A DNA stretch of 64,000 nucleotides, taken from IMG/VR virus record IMGVR_UViG_3300012271_000010, positions 1 through 64,000 of that record. One strand, given 5' to 3'. The DNA is from a virus. The notes beneath the pieces were generated by a model, which did not search any database, was not told where the DNA came from, and saw only the letters and a list, made by a program, of their open reading frames with translations. Position 1 is the first letter of the stretch. Each line of letters begins with the position of its first letter. Both the position numbers and the translations under genes were made by a program. This document shows, piece by piece, positions 42,745 to 52,000 of the stretch.

Positions 42745-45308
42745 TGGGAATAAAACGTTACGTCGCCACAAAAGACTCAACAATTACGGATGCCTATAAA
42801 GACAATCTTACTGACCGAGCCACTAATTCTAATATGGGCGCCAGCGATATCTTAGAAGTTTTTTCTATCTTTGGACAAGCAACTTCGACGGCTGTTGTAA
42901 CTGGAACTGATCTCTATACGCTAGAAAACATTTTTACTTCAAGCGTTTCTCAGGCTAGTGATGCGTTTGGACAAGGTCTTAGTAGATATGAAGATATTAT
43001 GGCAATTGGATCACCCGCATGGTCAGGGTCTTACACCGCCGAGGGCAAAGTAACTGTATTTAGAAGCTCAAGTATTGGTTGGTCTGAAGAGGCAACTTTG
43101 TTAAGTTCTAATCCTGAAGTTTCATCGAATTTTGGTTTGGCGGTGGAAGCCTATGAAAATTTTATTTTAATTGCGAAACCACACTTTTCAAATACTACAG
43201 ATCCATCAGGAAGTGTTGAACTATTTCATAGCAATAGTTCAGGTTGGACGAGTGTTCAAATTTTTAGCGGTTCAAATTTATTTTCTGGGGCTTCTCAGTT
43301 TGGTTATAAAATGGACCTGGACTATCGAAATAATAAATTAATTGTTTCAGCTTATTTATCTTCTAAAGCTTTCATTTTTTCAAGCGGAAGTTCTGGTTGG
43401 GTTGAAGAAACCGTTTTAACTGGTCCAGCAGCACAAGCCTTCGGTAATGATGTGGCTATAGAAGAAGATTATGCTGTCGTTGGTTCTTCCTACCGTTTTG
43501 ATGTTAGTTCTATTACTGGATCGGCTTATATTTTTAAAAGTGGTAGCTCTGGTTGGGTTGAAGAAGCTATCTTGACATCGTCCGAATCAGCATTAGATGA
43601 TTATTTCGGGTTTGGAGCAATTTCAATTTCATCTAACAAAGTTCTTGTTGGCGCCCAGCTCGGTGACGGCTTTAATGGGTCTGCTTATCTGTTTCAAAGC
43701 AGTAGTTCAGGTTGGTCTGAAAGCCAAGTTTTCAAAGATCCGCTCGCGACATTCGCCGAGGTTTTTGGGGTTTCTGTTAGAATAACGGGTTCTTTTGCAG
43801 TGATTGGTCGCGCTGGTGGCGGAACCAATACACCTGGATTCAGAATCTATGAAGCAGAAACCGGAGATTATATTGAAACTCAGTTTATAACTTCTTCTGT
43901 ATTATCTTATTCTAGTCTCATAGATGTTTACAGGGATAGTATCTTAGTAGCAACTGCTGATTCTACAAACGGAAGATTTATGGAGTTGTATTCTTATGAC
44001 CCAATTGTATCAAGTTTCGCTGATGCCATTGAATCTTCAAGACTCTTAGTGGAATTCCCAGTCACAGATATAATAAACGATAGAGCAGCAGGAAATTTAC
44101 CTGCAAGTGGAAGTGTTAGTTTTTACCTTAACCTAAGTAATGCTCCTCACGGAGAGAACACACCTAAAGACTTTGATCTTGTGGTTGCGCCAATCTCTCA
44201 ATCTTGGACAGAAGGTTTCGGACAAGATATGGAGTCTTACGAAGATTTAGGTCCAGTTAACTGGAATACTGCTTCAACAGGAAACGTCTGGAATAATTCA
44301 GGAGGTGATTATTTGTCTTCTCCAGTTTACACTTCTAGTTTTTCTATTGGTGATGAAGATTTGAATGTCGATATTACAGAGTTGGTCGAATCGTGGATTA
44401 GTGGTACAGTTTCGAATAATGGTTTAGGAGTCAGACTTGCTCCGACTTATGAGAACAGCACAACAACTTCTTTCTTTACTAAAAGATTCTTTGGCAGGAG
44501 AACAGAACACTTCTTTAAAACTCCATGGATTGAAGCCCGCTACAACAATGCAATTAAAGACAATCGAAATAGTTTCTATGCAAGCAGTTCTTTAGTCCCA
44601 GCATCAGAAAATCTAATGACGCTGTTTTTATACAATAAAACTAGAAAAGGTCTTAAAAACATTCCATCTATCGGAACAGGACCAATTTATATGAGTTTGT
44701 TCTCAGGAACTCTTGGACCCAGTGGAGCCGAACTTCTTCTCCATACAGGAGAATTAGCTATTACAGGCGGCGCCACTGATACTGGAATTTATACTGCTTC
44801 AGTCGCAATAGACACTCAATTTACTCAAGTGTGGGATGTTTGGCATAATAATCTTACTGGAAGTTCTAGGATCGAATACTTTACGGGAAGTGTGATTATT
44901 GCTTCTCAATATGCGGCATCTGATGATTTTGAAATTAGTGATTATGTTTTAAACATTACGAATTTAAAGCCGGAATACTCAAAATCAGAAGAAGCAAGAT
45001 TCAGATTATTTACAAGATTGAAAGATTGGAACCCTACGATATATACTATTTCAATAGCAAACATAGAAAATGAAATTATCGAAGAGGCTTATTACAGAAT
45101 TTTTAGGGTTATTGACGATTTTGATGTTGTTCCTTATAACACCGGTAGTGATAATGCTACACTCTTAAGTTATGATAAAGTAGGAAATTATTTAGATTTT
45201 GATATGTCTATTTTAGAATCAGATTATCAATATGGAATTCAATTTACTTTTAAATTGGAAGATAAGTACTACGAACAACCAGAAACTTTTCACTTTCGGG
45301 TTAGATAG
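42744..45308 (+). CDS. Structural protein with FG-GAP propeller repeats inserted into a DNRLRE-like beta-sandwich
   Basis: Repeated FG..V/L...GSA/V.F.S.SSGW.E; W.EG.G, GGDY, DITELV.SW...NNG motifs. Confidence 0.65.
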   Translation: MGIKRYVATKDSTITDAYKDNLTDRATNSNMGASDILEVFSIFGQATSTAVVTGTDLYTLENIFTSSVSQASDAFGQGLSRYEDIMAIGSPAWSGSYTAEGKVTVFRSSSIGWSEEATLLSSNPEVSSNFGLAVEAYENFILIAKPHFSNTTDPSGSVELFHSNSSGWTSVQIFSGSNLFSGASQFGYKMDLDYRNNKLIVSAYLSSKAFIFSSGSSGWVEETVLTGPAAQAFGNDVAIEEDYAVVGSSYRFDVSSITGSAYIFKSGSSGWVEEAILTSSESALDDYFGFGAISISSNKVLVGAQLGDGFNGSAYLFQSSSSGWSESQVFKDPLATFAEVFGVSVRITGSFAVIGRAGGGTNTPGFRIYEAETGDYIETQFITSSVLSYSSLIDVYRDSILVATADSTNGRFMELYSYDPIVSSFADAIESSRLLVEFPVTDIINDRAAGNLPASGSVSFYLNLSNAPHGENTPKDFDLVVAPISQSWTEGFGQDMESYEDLGPVNWNTASTGNVWNNSGGDYLSSPVYTSSFSIGDEDLNVDITELVESWISGTVSNNGLGVRLAPTYENSTTTSFFTKRFFGRRTEHFFKTPWIEARYNNAIKDNRNSFYASSSLVPASENLMTLFLYNKTRKGLKNIPSIGTGPIYMSLFSGTLGPSGAELLLHTGELAITGGATDTGIYTASVAIDTQFTQVWDVWHNNLTGSSRIEYFTGSVIIASQYAASDDFEISDYVLNITNLKPEYSKSEEARFRLFTRLKDWNPTIYTISIANIENEIIEEAYYRIFRVIDDFDVVPYNTGSDNATLLSYDKVGNYLDFDMSILESDYQYGIQFTFKLEDKYYEQPETFHFRVR

Positions 45309-45317
45309 GGAACAACA

Positions 45318-48300
45318 ATGCTTAAAAATCTATTTGGCAAAAAGTCTCAAAAATTATTAGTTACCGCAACGACCAATAGGGACTTGAAAAACGAAACAGA
45401 ATCAGAAGATTTTGTTAAAGCGAATATCATTGATAAGGAACGCTTTGTTCCTACTGTTGATTTTTCAGATCCAAATAATTTTGCTAGATTTGCTTCCGCT
45501 TCTAAATATTATGTCGATGCAATCAATATGATCCAACGGTCATATCCCTACGATGGTTCTTTAGCTGAAAAGTTGAACTTTCACAATGACTCAGTTGATT
45601 TTCATAACTATCTTTTTGAAAATGAATATCCCCGTACTAATGGATACATTAAGATCGGCGAGAGTTACGGAAGTGTCACTACTGCTTCTCATGGTTACGA
45701 TACTCCTTCTGCTTTAGAATACATTTCTTTTAAAGGTGGTCCAAACGCAGCGGTCAGTGCTTCGTCTAAAACTTTAAAAACTCTCTTCAAAGAAGCAAAT
45801 ATTTACGATGTTGAAGACGATAGAACCTCAAATCTAGAAATGAATGCTAGCGGTGGCACCTCAGTAGAGTTTTGGCTCAAAAAAACAAACTTCTCAGGTT
45901 CTCAGAAACAAGTTGTTTTTGATCTTTGGAATAGCAGTTCTTTTGGCACTGATGAATACGGTCGTTTTCGAATCGAGGTGTCAGGAAATCAATTTTTTGT
46001 AGAATATAGTTCTGGTTCGGCAGGAGTATTTAATACTCCTTTAGGACAAAATTTAAATATTACTGGATCAGATTGGAAACATTATGGCTTCTCTATTGAA
46101 AACACAGGAAGTTCTCTTTCTATGCGTTTTTATGTTACAGGAACTCTTAATGACTCTTCGATAACTGGTTCTTCAACAGGTTTAGTTGCTGGTCCGATGC
46201 TTGGGTTTATAGGTGCGTTGCAAACGCCAGTCTCTGGTACTTCTGGTTCCCTAGGAGATGCTAAATTATCCGGTTCTCTTGATGAATTTAGATATTGGAG
46301 AACTAAAAGAACAGACAAAAAGATAAAAAGATATTGGTTTCGACAAGTTGGTGGTGGAACAAACACCGATGAAGCAAATACCGATTTGGGAATTTATTAC
46401 AAATTCAATGAAGGAATCGTTGTAACTGGAGCTATCTTTCAGGCAGATAAAACGGTGTTAGATTATAGTGGTCGTGTATCAAATGGTACGTGGGTTGGCT
46501 ACACTGCAACTTCAAGAGATACTGGTTCTGCTATGGTAGAGTCAGGCGCTTCCGCATTTGAATTTAAAGATCCAATTCTTAATTCAAGCCACCCAAGGCT
46601 TATTTCTTTACGAAACGCTAAGATTCTAACTGGTAGTCTTCACGATCAGGAAAACAGTTCTTACGTCTTTAACTCATTTCCTTCATGGATAACCGAGGAA
46701 GACGAAGTCTCTGGTGAACCTCTTAAAGACCTGGTTCAAATCACTGGTGAATTTTTCGATGACATGTATTTGAAAATTGAAGCCTTGCCTTCAATTAAAG
46801 ACGCGGTTTATCGTTCTGGCAAACCACTTCCTTTTGCTTCTAGACTGTTAGAATCCTTTGGTTTTACAGCTCCAGAAATCTTTACAAAATCATCTATCTT
46901 TGAAGAAATTCTTTCAACTGATAACGAAAGAGAATTCGAAGAAAAACTTCATAATGTTAAAAACCAAATTTATCAAAATATTTATAACAATTTGATTTAT
47001 ATCTATCGTTCTAAGGGAACTGAAAAGTCAATTAGAAATTTAATTAGATGTTTTGGTGTCGACGATGAATTGATCAAAATTAACATGTATGCTGCTGACG
47101 GAGTAGACTATAAACTGGAAGATAGCTACCGTTACACAAGCGTTAAGAAAAATTATGTGGACTTTAATGATACTGATAGATTCGATTCTAATGTGTATCA
47201 AATGACTGCCAGCGGCAATTCTAATAGTCTTTCATACATTTCAGGAAATGTTGCTTCTGGTCTTGTAGGAACTACATTTGAATGTGAAACTATATTCCCG
47301 AAGAAGTTCGAAAAATCTAGTGAATTATTCTTTAGAACAGATTTTGTTTCTTGCTCATTGTTTGGAATGCATGAAGCCGACACGTCTTCGGGCTCCAACA
47401 CTACGTTCTTTGGTTCTGACAGAGCTGAATTGAGTGTCTTTGCGATTCGTCCTGAAGAAGAATCAAAAGATGCCTATTTTATGTTAACTTCTTCTTACCT
47501 CGGTTTAGAGTTGACTAGCAGTACTTACAGAGATGTGTACGATAATGAGAAATGGAATTTTGGTGTACGTTTCCACCACGAAAAATATCCTTTATCTGAT
47601 GGAGTGACAGGAAGTTCTACCGGCAATTATAATATTGAATTTTTCGGTGTTAACGCAGTTTTAGATGTTTTGCAGAATGAGTTTCTCTTAACTTCTAGTG
47701 TGACTGCTTCTTTAGCCGAAGGACATTTTACAGCTGCAAAGAGAATTTACGTCGGCGCACACAGAAATAACATGACAGGTTCGGTCTTGACTGGATTAGG
47801 CACAAATAACGAACATTTTTCAGATGCAAAGATTTCAGGTGTAAGATATTGGCTTACTAACGTTAGTGATGTTATTCTTCGCGAACACGCTAAAGATCCA
47901 ACTAACTTTGGTCCTGAACACCCTTATAGAAATATTGATGCTTACTTAACTTCTGAGTTGAATGGAATATTGGTTCCTCAAATTGAGACACTTGCACTTC
48001 ATTGGGACTTTGACACAGTAACAGGGTCGGACAATGGAAGTGGCATTGGTCCTTCAAACACTTCTGACGCCAAATTTTTGGTAGAAGACTCATCTTCTGG
48101 ATCAGTAGATTTACAAACACGATGGAGTTTTATTGGAAATATTTCCAAAGCTCAACACCCTGGTCGCGGAGACTTCTTTTTGAGAAATAACAATCAAGTC
48201 GTTCAGCGAGAATACGTTTTTGCTGCTAGAAAAAGATTGCCTGAAACTCTCAATAGCGATGATCTGATTGAAATTCGAAGTCAAGATGACGAAAATTTCA

Positions 48301-49040
48301 CAAGAGATAAGCGTCCAGTAAACCATTATTTTGCTATTGAAAAAAGCATGTATCAGACTTTGTCTGAAGAAATGATTAAGTTTTTTGGTACTATCACTGA
48401 CTTTAACAACTTGATTGGAGACCCGATTAATCGTTATAGACAAAGATATAATGATTTGGACAAACTAAGAACTTTATTTTTTGAGAGAATTGAAAATACA
48501 CCTGATTTAGAAAAGTATGTAGATTTTTATAAGTGGATTGACAATTCGATCACTCAAATGACTTTACAGCTCATTCCAGCGTCAGCTAATTTTTCAACTT
48601 CTTTAAGCACAGTAATTGAAAGTCATGTTCTGGAAAGAAATAAATATTGGAACAAATATCCTACTTTAGAATTGAAACAAGAGCCTCCTGAAGCTGCTGC
48701 GCAATCTATAGGAAAGCATAAATATAATTGGAAATTTGGTCATGCTCCTGTGGGACTACAGCAAAGTGATAATTGTTTGTGGTGGAGAGAAAGAGCGGAG
48801 AGAGACAATAAAACAGGTATAGATTTAAATTCTTTACGAGCAAATCTCTTAATAGCAACACTAAGCACTCTTAACAGAAGGTTCACGCAAGTGTATGATC
48901 TAAAAAGTAGCGTGACTGTGATAGATAAAGATCCGAAAAGTGTAGAAGTTGCGAAACAAGTAACAAGTTTCGGATCGGGTGGATACTTAGTAGTTGAGGC
49001 TACCGATTTCGAGACGCCAAACTGTGACGATGACTCCTAG
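45318..49040 (+). CDS. Large baseplate/tail protein with LamG-like domains
   Basis: VEFW, WKH, GSLDEFRYW, YYKFNE; SKGTEKSI..LIRCFG wedge-like motif. Confidence 0.65.
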   Translation: MLKNLFGKKSQKLLVTATTNRDLKNETESEDFVKANIIDKERFVPTVDFSDPNNFARFASASKYYVDAINMIQRSYPYDGSLAEKLNFHNDSVDFHNYLFENEYPRTNGYIKIGESYGSVTTASHGYDTPSALEYISFKGGPNAAVSASSKTLKTLFKEANIYDVEDDRTSNLEMNASGGTSVEFWLKKTNFSGSQKQVVFDLWNSSSFGTDEYGRFRIEVSGNQFFVEYSSGSAGVFNTPLGQNLNITGSDWKHYGFSIENTGSSLSMRFYVTGTLNDSSITGSSTGLVAGPMLGFIGALQTPVSGTSGSLGDAKLSGSLDEFRYWRTKRTDKKIKRYWFRQVGGGTNTDEANTDLGIYYKFNEGIVVTGAIFQADKTVLDYSGRVSNGTWVGYTATSRDTGSAMVESGASAFEFKDPILNSSHPRLISLRNAKILTGSLHDQENSSYVFNSFPSWITEEDEVSGEPLKDLVQITGEFFDDMYLKIEALPSIKDAVYRSGKPLPFASRLLESFGFTAPEIFTKSSIFEEILSTDNEREFEEKLHNVKNQIYQNIYNNLIYIYRSKGTEKSIRNLIRCFGVDDELIKINMYAADGVDYKLEDSYRYTSVKKNYVDFNDTDRFDSNVYQMTASGNSNSLSYISGNVASGLVGTTFECETIFPKKFEKSSELFFRTDFVSCSLFGMHEADTSSGSNTTFFGSDRAELSVFAIRPEEESKDAYFMLTSSYLGLELTSSTYRDVYDNEKWNFGVRFHHEKYPLSDGVTGSSTGNYNIEFFGVNAVLDVLQNEFLLTSSVTASLAEGHFTAAKRIYVGAHRNNMTGSVLTGLGTNNEHFSDAKISGVRYWLTNVSDVILREHAKDPTNFGPEHPYRNIDAYLTSELNGILVPQIETLALHWDFDTVTGSDNGSGIGPSNTSDAKFLVEDSSSGSVDLQTRWSFIGNISKAQHPGRGDFFLRNNNQVVQREYVFAARKRLPETLNSDDLIEIRSQDDENFTRDKRPVNHYFAIEKSMYQTLSEEMIKFFGTITDFNNLIGDPINRYRQRYNDLDKLRTLFFERIENTPDLEKYVDFYKWIDNSITQMTLQLIPASANFSTSLSTVIESHVLERNKYWNKYPTLELKQEPPEAAAQSIGKHKYNWKFGHAPVGLQQSDNCLWWRERAERDNKTGIDLNSLRANLLIATLSTLNRRFTQVYDLKSSVTVIDKDPKSVEVAKQVTSFGSGGYLVVEATDFETPNCDDDS

Positions 49041-49047
49041 GTAAAAT

Positions 49048-52000
49048 ATGTCAGAAATTTTTAAAACAAAGAAAAAACTTCCTTTTAGTATTGTTAGTTC
49101 ATCTGTAAAAACAGGTTATAACTCTGAGATTTCTTCTAGTTTTAGACCGAATATTGATATTGCTAACCTGCATGGCGATAATTATTCTTCTTATGAAGAC
49201 GCTCCAGCTCAAGGACCTTTTACAGAGGCACACGTAGGAGGCAATAAACATCGTCATGCTCCTCTAAACGCCGGTGACGATGACGCTTCAAACCGCGCAG
49301 AAGCGTTTTTAATAAACCTTGATACTCCTGGTGAGCTGAGAGTTTATGGTCCAGAAACAGTAGACACAGCTTACCCAAGAGCTTCAATGCTACGAGGAAA
49401 CGCAGCAAAGAGCCCTCTAAACCTTTCGAACATACAGAGTACTACAGGTTCTGCATTATTAGGAAATTACAAAAATGAATATGAAGTTCTACAGACTTCT
49501 GGTAGAACAGTCAATAATAGATTCATAAAGAACGACGGAGAAATCGCCGTTCTCAATCCGATCACATTTTTTGTAACTGGTGCTGCTGAATATACGCTTC
49601 CAAGTCGCGAAAACACTGAGACAAACAAGTTTATTTTTGTTGAAAGATTTAATGCACCAGGAGGATTTGATGTTTCTTCTCGCGGCATGCTCGATAGAGC
49701 AGCTGAAGAGATGGCATCAAACAATGCCCTCCCTTTCAGAAATTTAAAAGTACGTCTTTCTCTTAGAAATTCTTTATCTGAACACACTGTTCCAGCAACA
49801 GGATTGTCAGGTTCCTTACATAAAGTAAATAGAAATACTCTTAGGCGCCCGAGCAAAAGCGACGATGGAACTTTTACTCCCTTGTACGACAATGGATATG
49901 TCAATCACCCAATTCCACAATCTGATTTACAATATAGTTGGATAACTTCTTCAGCTATTACGACTATGAACGAACTGTTAGGTTATCAACATAGTGGTTC
50001 ACATTTAAATAAAGCTGGTGCCTTCACCGACATAAGTTTTTCTGTTTCTGGCTCAGTCATTGATGATGATACTCTCACTGATCATTTGAATATAAGAGGA
50101 TTCAACAAGAATTTTCATTATATTAATAAATTTGATAAAACTTTAGAAAAAGACCGTTCTTTTTTTGTGTTTGATGGTCAGACTCAAACTTTTCCTGGGG
50201 CAGGTCAGCATACCAACGCTATAGATTTGGGGAACACTTCGTTGTGGAACCACTCTATTGGAACTTTAGGAAGTAAGAAATTTACTCTCTCTATCTGGTT
50301 TAACTTAACGTCTTTCTCAGGTTCGGTAACTACTCCAAGATTGTTTGATTTTTCCAATGAAATGTATCTTGCTTTGGAAAGTGGTTCAAATAACAGAATT
50401 GATGTTGCGTTCATGCAAGACACAACTGGGGTTCATGTTTCTTATTTTACTAATAGTGGTTCTGCTCCAAATATCGATTTTGGAACTTGGCATCATGCTG
50501 TTTTGACATTCGATGGAACTCAAATAACCTCTTCAACTCCTCCTATACTCTACCTTGATGGAGCTAAAGTTCTATTACAAAATGATGATTCTCCGACTGG
50601 AGATATGAGTAGCTTTGCTTCTTTCGCTAATTGTTTTGTCGGAAATAGAAGAAGCGTAAGTTCAGCGGACCTCCCTTTTAGCGGTTCATTATCGGAAATT
50701 AGTATCTGGAATGATGTTCTCACTGAAGAAGAGCAAGGTTTACTTTATTTAGCAACTAAGCCACCGAATAATATTGGTGCACCACTTAATTATCGCGAAC
50801 ACAAGATCGATCAACAATACCCTTCGATGAGACGCAAATTGGTTTCTTGGTGGTCAGGTTCTGGTCGTCACCAAAGAAACAATGTTATTAGCGCTAACGG
50901 CGGCGGAAGTCCTAAGACTGGTATTTTTATTGAAGATGTCGCTCGAATTAACAATTACCACGCCGCAATGGGCTCCGGTGTAACAAAACAAAAGGTTGGT
51001 ATAACTTCACTATCTTTTAATAATGGTCCATATCAACATCCAATTTGGAAACAAATTCGTACTGGAGAAACACCAGTCGCTAGATTTCTAAGACACGCTA
51101 ATATTATCACAGTGCAAGATGAACCAATTTTGAAAGAAATCGTTTCAAACGGTAAACGAAGAGTTATAAAACCTAAGCGCTCTTCTACTTCTACTAGTTT
51201 TGTTGAGCCACCGGTTTCTTCAAAATATAAACCAATTAAGCACAATTTGATGTTAAAGGGTACAGTAAATCCATTACTTGGACACGAAATAACTCATACT
51301 TATGCAAACAATTTATCAATGTTTGCTAACAAGTCACTTAATCAACGTTTGAAAATTGATCGTTTAGATAAACAGATGTACGATCGTTTAGTTGAGTTTT
51401 ATTTAGATTCTGATCTACCAGAGGAAGATAACCCAATTGCAAGATTTTTAAACCTTATTTATAAGGAAACTATCTTTCCTAAAGAAGAAAATACCTTTCT
51501 AGGTAAAACAAGAAGTCGACAAAAATACATTCTTGATCTTTCTGGGTTTTCATCAGAAGGTTATGATAAAACGTTTGGTTCACAGAGAGTTTTCTGGAGA
51601 GATCATTTTTCAGATAGACAAAGAACTGTCAATAAAGCGATTAATAGTCAAGGATTTATAATTTCTTCCTCATTAGGTGGAACTTCTGCGTATCCTATTG
51701 ATCTCCACTCGGCTTATCTCACTTCTTCAGCTCTGGCATCTTCTTCAGTCCAAATAAACACTGGAATCGCCTTAACCTCTCAAGAAGTAATTAAAGTATG
51801 GAATTCACCATCAGGATCTGGTGAATTGAATGCTTATGCCTTTTTAGAAAACAATAGAGAGGCATTTGTTTCTTCTATCCCAGCCATGTTCTATTCCGAT
51901 ACTTTAGTTGATTTAGATTTTCTTTCTAATTTTCATCATTACACACAAAGTTTTGGTTCTTTGATGAATACCACAGGGACTTTTCCTTTAACGCCACCGC

